Shown here piece by piece: positions 31,557 to 40,809 of a DNA stretch of 64,000 bases. The notes under the pieces were generated by a model, which was not told the DNA's origin, did no database searches, and was given only the letters and a program-made list of their open reading frames with translations. The DNA is taken from the IMG/VR virus record IMGVR_UViG_3300042868_005134, positions 303,636 through 367,635 of that record; one strand, written 5' to 3'. Positions within the stretch are counted from its first letter, which is position 1. Every line of letters begins with the position of its first letter. The position numbers and the translations under genes were made by a program. This stretch comes from a virus.

Positions 31557-32438
31557 TTATTTTCCGTTAGTTTGTACAGTGGGAGTTACAACACCATTGA
31601 TGACTAAAGTCTGGCCCTTGAAGTTGGCAATAGCATCTGGCAACTTACGCATGGCTTCTGCTTGGGCTTCCGCCATCAGCAACGGAATTGCCATCGGGTT
31701 GGCCTGCATCGACTCGTTACGCTTACGTGCTGTAGCCACTTTGACTTCTTCAGTCTTGAATTCGTTCTTGGCCTTGACCAATTCGTTAGCACTTGCCACA
31801 ACTGAATCAGCTGGCACAATATTACGAATCAATACTTGACTAATACTGATACTACCGTCCAATTTTTCTTCGGCAAGATTGCGAACAATTTCTTCCTTAA
31901 TAAAAGTTTCCATGTCGCTACGAGCATCTGCCATGTCCAATGCTTCGTACTTTCGTGCCGCCTTGTAGATAGCGTTACGAGCATTTTGTACAATGTAGTT
32001 GTACATTACAAATGTATCACCTTTGAACTCGGCGTGGAAGCTCTTGTTCTTAGTTGAATACAATTCAGAGACTTGCTGGGGGTTAATGTTGTAGACAACC
32101 ACTGCATCAAAGTCTTTCATGGTCGAGTTGTCTTTGGCAACAGGTGTCATGTCGTTAAGAGTTACATTCACATCCTTGATAGGAAATGTAAGTACTTCTC
32201 CAATGATGGATTGGTTGAAAGAACCAGGAAGCAGTTCACCACTTTGAACTTGTTTGTCGAATCCAACTCGAACACCGACTTCACCAGTTTCAATACGAGT
32301 ACAACCTGTTGCCAGCACAGCCGCGGCAAGAACGGAAAGAGTCAAAATACGTTTCATTTTAAATAATACCTTGTGAAAAAAGAAAAAAGCAAACAGCAAA
32401 ACCCAAAGCAAAATACAAAGGGCGAAGATAACGATCAT
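31557..32438 (-). CDS. SPFH/band-7 (stomatin/HflC-like) lipoprotein
   Basis: It has a signal peptide with a lipobox (LATGC). The body matches the SPFH domain, including a C-terminal coiled-coil / Ala-rich region. Confidence 0.7.
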   Translation of the reverse strand: MIVIFALCILLWVLLFAFFFFHKVLFKMKRILTLSVLAAAVLATGCTRIETGEVGVRVGFDKQVQSGELLPGSFNQSIIGEVLTFPIKDVNVTLNDMTPVAKDNSTMKDFDAVVVYNINPQQVSELYSTKNKSFHAEFKGDTFVMYNYIVQNARNAIYKAARKYEALDMADARSDMETFIKEEIVRNLAEEKLDGSISISQVLIRNIVPADSVVASANELVKAKNEFKTEEVKVATARKRNESMQANPMAIPLLMAEAQAEAMRKLPDAIANFKGQTLVINGVVTPTVQTNGK

Positions 32439-32453
32439 TGATCATATAAATCC

Positions 32454-32735
32454 TTAAAATAAAATAACAATTATAGCCATCACTAGAACAGCTAGTAATG
32501 CGACAATTATACTATACGCAATGGACTTTGTCAAGGTCCAACGTTCCTTACCTTCCATCTTTCTCCAGGCAGTAATGCCAAAGTGAATGATAACAGCAAG
32601 GATGGCAAATGCTAACCAAAGTCTAATCATTTTATTCCTTTGTAAAATTAAATTGGAATAGAGTGTAATAGTACATATTATCAATTCTATTTGGTTTGTA
32701 GTAGGTTGTAAATTTACAAAGTTTACCAGGCTCAA
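32454..32735 (-). CDS. Small membrane protein (two transmembrane segments)
   Basis: It has two strongly hydrophobic segments and a length of 93 aa. Confidence 0.45.
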   Translation of the reverse strand: MSLVNFVNLQPTTNQIELIICTITLYSNLILQRNKMIRLWLAFAILAVIIHFGITAWRKMEGKERWTLTKSIAYSIIVALLAVLVMAIIVILF

Positions 32736-33372
32736 TCATGGTGTTAAACATTTCTAAAAACGGATTGTCGTCTAACACTTCAATGTTAAACAGGTGGGTA
32801 CTATCGGTAAACCAAAATCTAACTAATTTTCTCTTTTGTTGTCTACTAAGTGTACTTTTCAAATAGGTTAATTCTAAATTTTGTTTAGCAGAATTATTAC
32901 CGTGAACTAAGCCTGTGGTAGTGTTATATTGTTTTTTAAATTCGTCGTAGATCATATCTTCGTTATAGAACCATGGTAATTTATAATATATACCAGAATC
33001 CTTTTCCATACACTCGCGAATTCGTCCTTCTAACAAAACACAAACTCTTCGCCTATAATCACTCATGTGATTGCTATTTTTCAACGACTGCCAAAGAAAC
33101 TTTCGCGTGTAATACTTACGAACAGCTTCCGAATATGTACGGGTGTCGTCTGTAATATTATCCAGTACTTCTTGACTTTCCAGTTGGCGATACTTGCCGG
33201 GTTCTTTTTTACCAAGCTCGTATAATGAACAAGCAAGCACTAAGGGATCTTCGGTGTACTTGGTTGCGCTTTCCTGATAGCTTGTAGTGATCCAATCTTG
33301 AATAGCGTTCATTGGTATGTGTCGTCTAAGTTTACGTTGGTTAATCCTGCTACAGTTTGGAACTTTTCCCAA
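32632..33372 (-). CDS. Hypothetical protein (246 aa). The true start is probably an internal Met near 33312.
   Basis: It is a long ORF. Its 5' end overlaps the upstream gene in another frame. Confidence 0.5.
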   Translation of the reverse strand: MGKVPNCSRINQRKLRRHIPMNAIQDWITTSYQESATKYTEDPLVLACSLYELGKKEPGKYRQLESQEVLDNITDDTRTYSEAVRKYYTRKFLWQSLKNSNHMSDYRRRVCVLLEGRIRECMEKDSGIYYKLPWFYNEDMIYDEFKKQYNTTTGLVHGNNSAKQNLELTYLKSTLSRQQKRKLVRFWFTDSTHLFNIEVLDDNPFLEMFNTMIEPGKLCKFTTYYKPNRIDNMYYYTLFQFNFTKE

Positions 33373-33734
33373 GCCTTCTTGGCTGTAGGATTCTTAGCAA
33401 GTTCTTCGCTGGGCAATACAGTCTCTAGCCAAAACTCCGGACGACGTCGAGGATGAGCACCAAATTGCCGAGGCTGATGCATTTTGCCATCTGTGTAAAG
33501 CATGGTGCTCACACTGCGAAATTTGTCCTCATCGTCTTTGCTGTTGAAATCGTAGTGACCCCATTCAGTATTACTCATACCTCCTAGGCAGTAGCCTGAC
33601 CAAATACCACTCCATTGGACATCGTCTCGTGGGTCGAAATTTGTACGAGTAATCAACACTAGTACATCTTCCATGTCTACACGGCCTTCTACAATGTCCA
33701 AAATGCAACGACTATAGCTTAATCCGATTTTCAT
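33309..33734 (-). CDS. Hypothetical protein (141 aa)
   Basis: ORF only. Confidence 0.5.
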   Translation of the reverse strand: MKIGLSYSRCILDIVEGRVDMEDVLVLITRTNFDPRDDVQWSGIWSGYCLGGMSNTEWGHYDFNSKDDEDKFRSVSTMLYTDGKMHQPRQFGAHPRRRPEFWLETVLPSEELAKNPTAKKAWEKFQTVAGLTNVNLDDTYQ

Positions 33735-33736
33735 TT

Positions 33737-33964
33737 TTATCTACCTTGTCTGTATGTGCTAACTGTTGGACCGTCTGTGCTAAAGTTAAGACCGGCCACA
33801 CCGCCTTCGTAAAACTTACCATTCCATTGTAACTGAACTTTGACCTTCTTGTCAACACTCACTGACAAGTACTGTCGATCTTTAAAGTCCAAAACGTCAG
33901 CTACCATTTTGCGACCGTTTGATTCGCAAAGGATTTCGCAAGTGTCTTCAATATATTGTCTCAT
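33737..33964 (-). CDS. Hypothetical protein (75 aa)
   Basis: The ORF is tightly packed against its neighbours. Confidence 0.45.
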   Translation of the reverse strand: MRQYIEDTCEILCESNGRKMVADVLDFKDRQYLSVSVDKKVKVQLQWNGKFYEGGVAGLNFSTDGPTVSTYRQGR

Positions 33965-34266
33965 AGTGTTAACCTTATTTGTTTAATACTATCCCATCTA
34001 AAACTTTTCCATGCCCGTGATTCAAGATCGTAAACTGGCATGATATCTTCGCTAACTTTACGTTCTTTCTTGGCAACAGGAAAGTCAATAGGGTTGTCTG
34101 TGTTTGTCTCATGTAACACTTGGGGAACAAGTGATGTATTAGTTGTACATTCCATCACTCGTTCCGAGCCGTCTTTCTTGGTGAAAATAACAGTTACAGG
34201 ACCATAGTTGAGATGACTTCTCAACCACTTCTTGAATAATTTCAAGTCTTGTTCACTTAAGGTCAT
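33961..34266 (-). CDS. Hypothetical protein (101 aa)
   Basis: The ORF overlaps its neighbours by 4 nt. Confidence 0.45.
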   Translation of the reverse strand: MTLSEQDLKLFKKWLRSHLNYGPVTVIFTKKDGSERVMECTTNTSLVPQVLHETNTDNPIDFPVAKKERKVSEDIMPVYDLESRAWKSFRWDSIKQIRLTL

Positions 34267-34510
34267 CTTGATGTAACTCTAGTTTGCGTTTAAGTTCGGC
34301 ATTTTCTGCCTGTAGCTTTTCAATATGAGTTGACAGTTCCATCAACATCTCATACATGTTTTTGGCAGTCACTCTTGTTAAGTCAACAATGTTAATTTTT
34401 TCTTCAATCATTTCAAATCTCCAATACAATGTCAGGATTCCAGCCAGTGTCTTCGCTGTATCCGTCGCCTTCATAACCACGAGGGTTACATACAACTCTA
34501 GTCTCACCAA
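34253..34510 (-). CDS. Hypothetical coiled-coil protein (85 aa)
   Basis: It has a heptad-like Leu/Glu/Lys pattern. Confidence 0.4.
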   Translation of the reverse strand: MVRLELYVTLVVMKATDTAKTLAGILTLYWRFEMIEEKINIVDLTRVTAKNMYEMLMELSTHIEKLQAENAELKRKLELHQDDLK

Positions 34511-35267
34511 TTACATAATCAAACGGATAATGGGTGTGACCATGTGTCCACAGTTTGACCTGTGGGTGATCCATGATAAACTCGCTCAAGTCACTATGAT
34601 AGCCACCGTTCATCAAGTACTGCGACTTGTAAGACTCATGTACACTTTGATAGCTGGGACTGTGATGCCCAACTACCACGCACTTTTTATCTTTGTTATC
34701 TGCCAACACCGATTTAAAGTATCCAAGTGTACGAGCATGACGATCCGCAACATCTCTAGCACTCATTGAAGCATAGTTACGCTTGTCGTTTTTAATGATA
34801 CGGAAGTCGTTCATCATACCTTCAATAGCATGCATGGTCAAAGGATCACCTTTATTCATGTCAGTCCACAACGTGCCGCCCACGAATGTTACATCGTCAA
34901 TTACCTTGGTATCTTGTTCCAACATATAGATGTTGGGATACTTAGCAATTTCTTCACGCATGTGATCGATGCTAGCAAAGAATTTACCGTGGTAAAATTC
35001 ATGGTTGCCCATAACGTAGATCACATGCGGAAACTGGAACGAACAACGCTTCAAAAAATCACGGAAGCGAGCAACACGTTGCATTTTTCGGCTAAGGTCT
35101 GCCAAGGCACCATTACTGTAAGGATTAAAGTCTGCGGCATGATGGTCGTGGAGATCCTGAGCAACCATGATATCGCCTCCGAGAATCAAGACATCGCAGC
35201 CTTGATCATTTTTAATATTGATATCGGAAAACTCTAAATGGAGATCCGATACTAGTTTAATTTTCAT
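34413..35267 (-). CDS. Calcineurin-like metallophosphoesterase
   Basis: It contains the motifs 'VSDLHLE', 'ILGGDI', 'GNHEFY', 'GHHSP' and 'GHTH'. Confidence 0.7.
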   Translation of the reverse strand: MKIKLVSDLHLEFSDINIKNDQGCDVLILGGDIMVAQDLHDHHAADFNPYSNGALADLSRKMQRVARFRDFLKRCSFQFPHVIYVMGNHEFYHGKFFASIDHMREEIAKYPNIYMLEQDTKVIDDVTFVGGTLWTDMNKGDPLTMHAIEGMMNDFRIIKNDKRNYASMSARDVADRHARTLGYFKSVLADNKDKKCVVVGHHSPSYQSVHESYKSQYLMNGGYHSDLSEFIMDHPQVKLWTHGHTHYPFDYVIGETRVVCNPRGYEGDGYSEDTGWNPDIVLEI

Positions 35268-35593
35268 AATCTTTCGCTTAATAATATTCTACATAAGTCA
35301 GCATCTTTTGTTGACTTAAATGTAAACGTCATAAAATCTTCGCTAGGCGTGTATACAAATCTGTGTCCTGGCAAGCCAAACACTTCAAGTACAAGAGCAC
35401 AAGTGTCGTTCCACCAAGTCACACCTTGCATGTGCCAATCTACAATTACTTCATGATCGCTGGGCGTCATATTCTGCCATATCTTTGGCACGTTTAACTT
35501 CACGTGCTTGTTCACAAGGTTCGCAAATAGTACGAATCCACCCAGGTCCATGTGTTTCAGCTGGTGCGCTACATTCTTCACAGGTAACGCCAC
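35264..35593 (-). CDS. Hypothetical protein. Its start is uncertain because it overlaps the next gene.
   Basis: It is a 109-aa ORF. Its first ~47 codons overlap the gene at 35451–36044 in another frame. Confidence 0.35.
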   Translation of the reverse strand: MALPVKNVAHQLKHMDLGGFVLFANLVNKHVKLNVPKIWQNMTPSDHEVIVDWHMQGVTWWNDTCALVLEVFGLPGHRFVYTPSEDFMTFTFKSTKDADLCRILLSERL

Positions 35594-36044
35594 TCATGCT
35601 TTCTGCCATACGTACCATACCACTAATCTCATCATCACCACCTGTGTAATAAAATCTCAGTGTACCAAACTTTTCTTTAACTTGATCCAATGTCACTTGC
35701 GGAATGCTTTCTGGAATCTGTCTAAAATCTCCAGCAATAATTTCTGCCAATCTTTCATCTTTGTATGCTTGATTGGTAATAGAACTATTTTGTTCAAAAA
35801 ATAATTTACAATCACCAGCCTTGGCTTGTGCGGCCATTTCATTATATTCCATAGCCCACTTACGCTGTTTCTCTTTCCAATCAATGTGATGTTGGATATT
35901 ACCCATAAGTTGATCCAGTATATTGAACCAACCATCACCACATTCGAATCCCCAACACATACAAGTTTCCTGCATGTTCTTGTTGCGGTTCACCATCATC
36001 TTTGGATATTTCTTACAAAGCAGTTCGTCTAGTTCTTGTTTCAT
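35451..36044 (-). CDS. Hypothetical Cys-rich protein (197 aa)
   Basis: It has a CxxC ... CxxC pattern near the C-terminus (CEECSAP...CEPCEQ). Confidence 0.5.
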   Translation of the reverse strand: MKQELDELLCKKYPKMMVNRNKNMQETCMCWGFECGDGWFNILDQLMGNIQHHIDWKEKQRKWAMEYNEMAAQAKAGDCKLFFEQNSSITNQAYKDERLAEIIAGDFRQIPESIPQVTLDQVKEKFGTLRFYYTGGDDEISGMVRMAESMSGVTCEECSAPAETHGPGWIRTICEPCEQAREVKRAKDMAEYDAQRS

Positions 36045-36268
36045 TATTCTTTTCCAAAGTGTTTGATAACCAAATTCAATGCTTCTATAGTTCGTATGTT
36101 ACCACTTACGTCTTCAGGGTGTAGCCAGTATCCGTCTGGGTTAGAATCCGTCCTGGGATTCTTTTTCCATTGCGCCAATTCTTTTTTAAGGTAGGCACGA
36201 TAATCTTGTAGATTAAGCACCGTAATACGGTCTGCCGCTTCACCATCCAATTCAATTTTTCTACTCAT
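36044..36268 (-). CDS. Hypothetical protein (74 aa)
   Basis: ORF only. Confidence 0.45.
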   Translation of the reverse strand: MSRKIELDGEAADRITVLNLQDYRAYLKKELAQWKKNPRTDSNPDGYWLHPEDVSGNIRTIEALNLVIKHFGKE

Positions 36269-36987
36269 TGTGCTGCCTTTACATAGTTAAGACGTGTTTC
36301 AATTTTCTTAGTGTGCCAATTTTCGCCGATTGTTTTTACTTTGGCCTTGACAACAACGCAAGGTCCAGTTTTCAATTCTACTTTGCTGAACCAGCTGACT
36401 ATCCTGTTGTTAATTATAGCACAGATGTTCCAAGCGTCAAAGTTTTCCGAGCGTCTTGCTGAAACAATTTCGCAATCCAAATCGGTAAACACATCTCCTG
36501 GCATACCCAACGGCTCATTGTCTGCCGACTTGAGACTGCGTGTTTGGTTAAGTCTTTGTTTATCTCTTTCCATGACGCTGGGCAAACAGGCAATAAACCC
36601 AAATTTATTCCGAGCAACAGTTTCTGAACTCAAAATAGAGTTAACTTCTGTTTGAAACTCATTGTCACCTGCTACAGCACCAAACATATAACGTCGAAAG
36701 AATTTTCGAATTTCTTCTGCTTGTTCTCTATCTGCTTGTATAACATTCAAGGGCTCGGGCCTAGTCTGTTCATCGTAGGCTTTTTCTAGTCCTAGTGTAA
36801 ACAACATTAGATACTTGTTTGCTTCTTTTCGGTATAATGGTTTCATTTCCGAATCGTAAACGAATTCGGTTTGCTTAATATAGGCATTGTTAATGCGCTG
36901 TGCCGCGCAGGCCAAATCTAACACTTGTTCCAAAGTAAACTCAGGGTGTGACATTTCAAACTTTCCGTTATCGTTTGCGAGTATCAT
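36265..36987 (-). CDS. Hypothetical protein (240 aa)
   Basis: ORF only. Confidence 0.5.
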   Translation of the reverse strand: MILANDNGKFEMSHPEFTLEQVLDLACAAQRINNAYIKQTEFVYDSEMKPLYRKEANKYLMLFTLGLEKAYDEQTRPEPLNVIQADREQAEEIRKFFRRYMFGAVAGDNEFQTEVNSILSSETVARNKFGFIACLPSVMERDKQRLNQTRSLKSADNEPLGMPGDVFTDLDCEIVSARRSENFDAWNICAIINNRIVSWFSKVELKTGPCVVVKAKVKTIGENWHTKKIETRLNYVKAAQ

Positions 36988-36990
36988 ATT

Positions 36991-37653
36991 TTACACGAAT
37001 ATATGTCGTTTGTCAAGCACTTCTAAATTTTTATAGACCTTTTTGGCTAATCGATTGAGTAATGGATTGTTGCGAAAATGCGACACGTAGGCTTGTAAAT
37101 TGGTACTAACGTAAACCGGACCAAATCGCATTTTGGCTAATACCGTTAATCTACTCATGTATCGCTTGGCCCGTTCAGCAGTCATAACTCTTAGCAAATC
37201 TACAGCTATACTAACCGCATAGGCATCTAGCTCGTCAGGATCTGCTAGATATTTGTCATAAGGAGATTCAGCATGATCGCTGAAATTTTCATATTTACGA
37301 TGTTTACTTTGCTGTTGATGACGTAGCTCGTGTACCGTAGCATCATATATTTCTACTAGAAGTTCTGTAGTTTGACTGTCTTTAAACTTTAGTAAGTCAT
37401 CAAAGTTGTGATGAATAATAACTTCGATTGGCGTTTCATTATTGAAATCGCTGTCAGCATCGTAGTATGCTAACACGTAAAAATTAGATGGTTCTAATTT
37501 CTTATCTTTTTTGGTTTTTAGATCTATATCTAAATCCTGTTCCTTGAATTCTTTTCTTACACTGCCCACTAGTTTCTTAAAACTAATTGAGTCACAGTTA
37601 ATGTCTCGAACATTTTTACATACTGTATTCACACGCCCGAGCAAAGAATTCAT
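36991..37653 (-). CDS. HExxH zinc-metallopeptidase-like protein (paralogue 2 of 3)
   Basis: It has 'TVHELRHQQQ' and a downstream 'DELDAYAVSIAV' element. These are also found in the proteins at 30175–30906 and 46887–47288. Confidence 0.5.
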   Translation of the reverse strand: MNSLLGRVNTVCKNVRDINCDSISFKKLVGSVRKEFKEQDLDIDLKTKKDKKLEPSNFYVLAYYDADSDFNNETPIEVIIHHNFDDLLKFKDSQTTELLVEIYDATVHELRHQQQSKHRKYENFSDHAESPYDKYLADPDELDAYAVSIAVDLLRVMTAERAKRYMSRLTVLAKMRFGPVYVSTNLQAYVSHFRNNPLLNRLAKKVYKNLEVLDKRHIFV

Positions 37654-37654
37654 C

Positions 37655-37876
37655 TTACATCCTATAAGTTATTCTACCCTTGGTTAAATCATAAGGGCTC
37701 ATTTCTATCTTAACCTTGTCTCCAAGTATAATTTTAATTTTATGTTGCTTGAGTCGTCCACCTATGTAGCACAAAACTATCTGTCCTACATTGTCAACCT
37801 TAACTCTAAAAGTGGTATTTGGCAATACTTCATCTACTACACCAGTGAGCTCTATTAACTCTGATTTTTTACTCAT
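37655..37876 (-). CDS. infA: Translation initiation factor IF-1
   Basis: The 73-aa sequence '...[55 protein letters not shown]' aligns along the full length with bacterial IF-1 (S1-like OB fold). Confidence 0.85.
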   Translation of the reverse strand: MSKKSELIELTGVVDEVLPNTTFRVKVDNVGQIVLCYIGGRLKQHKIKIILGDKVKIEMSPYDLTKGRITYRM

Positions 37877-38036
37877 GTTTTGTCACAACTATTGCTCCGT
37901 TTTCCAGTTTGATGTCGAGTGTATCACCAGTCTTCCATCCTGTTTGTTCAATAATTTCCGGAGGAAATTTTAATAACACATTGTCGGGATCTCCTGGAAT
38001 GTCTTCAAATATATCTTCTACGTTAAATGTTGGCAT
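37869..38036 (-). CDS. Small AbrB/MazE-like (swapped-hairpin) protein. It lies below the ORF-track size cutoff.
   Basis: The 55-aa product is [55 protein letters not shown]. Its TAA stop overlaps the IF-1 start (ATGAGTAA). The 'VKFPPEI...GWK.GD.L' pattern resembles AbrB/MazE. Confidence 0.4.
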   Translation of the reverse strand: MPTFNVEDIFEDIPGDPDNVLLKFPPEIIEQTGWKTGDTLDIKLENGAIVVTKHE

Positions 38037-38102
38037 ATTGGTCCTGAAATTTCTTACTAGTATTTACATTAATTAAATACAGTATACACTTTTTATCAAC
38101 CA

Positions 38103-38852
38103 ATGTCAAACGCAATAATGCCAATCGATTACGAAAACATTTTAACAAATGGGATTACCATTTGTAGTTCAGGAACAAGCGGTCGACCATCTGCTTATTT
38201 TCAAACTCCAAAAAAACTCAAATGTGCCAATGACGTAGCAATCAATGTCCAACAATTAACCAAAGATAGTAGAGTATACACTTGCTGTAGTTTGGAACAT
38301 GCAGGTGGCCTTCTTGCTCAAACATTGCCAGCATTGAGTATAGGGGCAACAGTCGATGTAGTAAAGTTCAGTGCTTATGATTTTGTACGCGATGTTAACA
38401 AATATACGCATACTCATATAACACCGTTACATGCTAAAGCAATAATGCTTACTAAAGGATTCGATACCTTAGACCTACATGGCGTATGGGTTACATGTGG
38501 CGCAGATCCGGTTACGTGGAATATCATCGAAGCATTTGTACAGCGCGGTGCGACATTCATGACTAATTGGGGAATGAGCGAAGTGGGTCCTATAGCTATT
38601 AATACTATTTTCGACAGTATGGAGAAAATTAATAAGTATAAAACACTCGCGCCCACTAATGCCACTATTATGGGTGACCAATACTGGTGTAGCATAAATG
38701 TAGTTGACAACGAATTACGGGTCAAGGGTGACATTTGTATATTCGATAGTTGGTTTGAAACTAAGGATAAAGTGTGTATGATTAACGGCGTCATGTATTA
38801 CATGGGCAGAACTAATAAGGAGGTAGACTTATGGTCTCCGAAGAAAGGTTAA
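38103..38852 (+). CDS. Hypothetical protein with an AMP-binding-like (adenylate-forming) motif
   Basis: It has 'SSGTSGRPS', which resembles the [ST]SG[ST]TGxPK core motif. At 249 aa it is too short for a full ANL-family enzyme. Confidence 0.4.
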   Translation: MSNAIMPIDYENILTNGITICSSGTSGRPSAYFQTPKKLKCANDVAINVQQLTKDSRVYTCCSLEHAGGLLAQTLPALSIGATVDVVKFSAYDFVRDVNKYTHTHITPLHAKAIMLTKGFDTLDLHGVWVTCGADPVTWNIIEAFVQRGATFMTNWGMSEVGPIAINTIFDSMEKINKYKTLAPTNATIMGDQYWCSINVVDNELRVKGDICIFDSWFETKDKVCMINGVMYYMGRTNKEVDLWSPKKG

Positions 38853-39421
38853 AAACAGTCCAATACTCTCCAGAGCATTTGGAATCATTAAAAATATTTT
38901 GCGAAAAGTGTAGGCTTGAGGGCAATTTAAATAATAGCTCATTAAAAGCTATGCGATTAGAATGGGCATTAGAAACCGGGGGACAGTTTTTCTTGACTTA
39001 TTTAGACGATGAACTTATCAGTGTCAGCGGCTGTCATCCATTGCCAGCGGCAGGCCCTGGAATATTTAGAGTCTTATTTAGAGGTATAGAACTTGCCGAG
39101 TACCGCAATGTATTCGATATTGTTAGTAAGTCCCATATGTCATCTATTCCATTTTATTACCATTTACCATTACAGCGTGAGTGGGCTAAACAACAGGGTG
39201 CTGAAACATTAGTTATTACTACTAATAAACAAAATCCTGACGGTATTGTTTCAATGGATCAAAGTCATAGGGTATTTCAATTACTAGAAAAACAAGGCAT
39301 GGTAACTTGCTTAACAGAAAGTATTATGCTTTTTGATACTGAGCAATCTATATGGGGTATAAATTTAGATTATTACGATACTGCCCGTGAAGGATTCCGA
39401 GAAAGAAATGGATTACGCTAA
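38831..39421 (+). CDS. Hypothetical protein (196 aa)
   Basis: It is an ORF in the plus-strand island and overlaps the upstream gene. Confidence 0.45.
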   Translation: MVSEERLKTVQYSPEHLESLKIFCEKCRLEGNLNNSSLKAMRLEWALETGGQFFLTYLDDELISVSGCHPLPAAGPGIFRVLFRGIELAEYRNVFDIVSKSHMSSIPFYYHLPLQREWAKQQGAETLVITTNKQNPDGIVSMDQSHRVFQLLEKQGMVTCLTESIMLFDTEQSIWGINLDYYDTAREGFRERNGLR

Positions 39422-40217
39422 CAGTGATAAATTAATTTTTATTTTAGCAAGCCCCGGTGGCAGCGGCCACCGCCTTGGCAGAATAGTGTCCTGTTTTGAC
39501 AATGTCTATTGGTATAATAATAAGACTCACAACGGAATCACTCCCTGGGATGTTTTTCATACTAACTTAGTAAAGGGAAAAACAATCAGTCCTCATCATT
39601 TTGATAGACGTACTACTAAGAACATGATCCCATTAATGGGAGAACGAATTGAAAAGTTTTGGGCTGACGAATTTGTACATATTTTATACGAAACACGTTG
39701 GCCAGACGCAATGGCAGCGGCAGGTGCAGATGAAATTCTCAACGAGGGTAAACATTTAGTCTGGGTATTACATGATATAGGCGATTATCTGCTGACTCAT
39801 TTCCCTAATGCTAAGATTATTAATCTAATAGATCAAAATGTTGAATACATAGTTGACAGGTACATTAACACAACAGCACTATTTCCAATTAACATAGAAA
39901 ACAAAAGTTTAAAACCTATCGCAGGTAAGGAAAGCAAGTTTGCATTATCGTTAGCCAAGTTGCTGGATATAAATCCAATCCCGACACATCGCGATTATTG
40001 GGCATGGTCGACACACGGAGACACGGTGTATTCTTCCGTGTATGATTCCGAGTATTACGATTATGTGGCAACAATTTTGACCACACAACACATTGAGCGT
40101 ATAAAGAAAAATCCCAAGTACATTAATGTAACTTGGGATAATCTAGATTTAGAACTTATAAAATCTTTTATAGGCGCAACATCGATAGATCTTAATTATA
40201 AAAATCTTATGAAATAA
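39387..40217 (+). CDS. P-loop-like protein, possibly a sulfotransferase or kinase fold (paralogue A)
   Basis: The N-terminus has 'LIFILASPGGSGHRLGRIVS', which is paralogous to 'LIFAAGAPGSRWTRVLS' in the protein at 40799–41719. Confidence 0.4.
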   Translation: MKDSEKEMDYANSDKLIFILASPGGSGHRLGRIVSCFDNVYWYNNKTHNGITPWDVFHTNLVKGKTISPHHFDRRTTKNMIPLMGERIEKFWADEFVHILYETRWPDAMAAAGADEILNEGKHLVWVLHDIGDYLLTHFPNAKIINLIDQNVEYIVDRYINTTALFPINIENKSLKPIAGKESKFALSLAKLLDINPIPTHRDYWAWSTHGDTVYSSVYDSEYYDYVATILTTQHIERIKKNPKYINVTWDNLDLELIKSFIGATSIDLNYKNLMK

Positions 40218-40809
40218 TTTCCCAACACATTGCTTCTATATTACTAGTTAGAGGAGCATTCCCTCCGTTAAATAATTCTGCGTTAAATGGTTGCCAGTCG
40301 TGTACAATATGAAGGTTATTTATAGCGTTAGCTTGATTTGTAAGTTTGCCCATTCTAATTTCTACAAATTTCAATGCTTGTTCTATAGTAGTTATTGAAT
40401 CGCCGTATTCTTCAATAATTCTATGGTTACCGGCTTGGGAACAGTTATTAGACATATCGATTAAACATTCAGCAGTTACTCTTGTATCGGTTGGTCTAAA
40501 AAACCATAATCGAGATCCTATCGCCGCTTTTTCCATCACCGTTTTAGTTGTATTTTTAAATCCAAAGAATCCTAAATTACATACTGTTTTATTGTCGACT
40601 ATATTAAACATTTTGGACAATACAGTATCTAGTGTATCTGCTCTGTTTAATGGTTCTCTCATTAAGGGGCCCGTGATCATCTGTATATTAGTAAGAGCAA
40701 GTTCTTGTTGTAACTTGTTATTATTTGGTAACGCAATGGAAGGTCCTCCTACCATATCATCAACTAACTTATGTGTCCCTTCTATACCTACAAATATATT
40801 AATTTTCAT
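40207..40809 (-). CDS. Hypothetical protein (200 aa)
   Basis: ORF only. Confidence 0.45.
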   Translation of the reverse strand: MKINIFVGIEGTHKLVDDMVGGPSIALPNNNKLQQELALTNIQMITGPLMREPLNRADTLDTVLSKMFNIVDNKTVCNLGFFGFKNTTKTVMEKAAIGSRLWFFRPTDTRVTAECLIDMSNNCSQAGNHRIIEEYGDSITTIEQALKFVEIRMGKLTNQANAINNLHIVHDWQPFNAELFNGGNAPLTSNIEAMCWEIIS

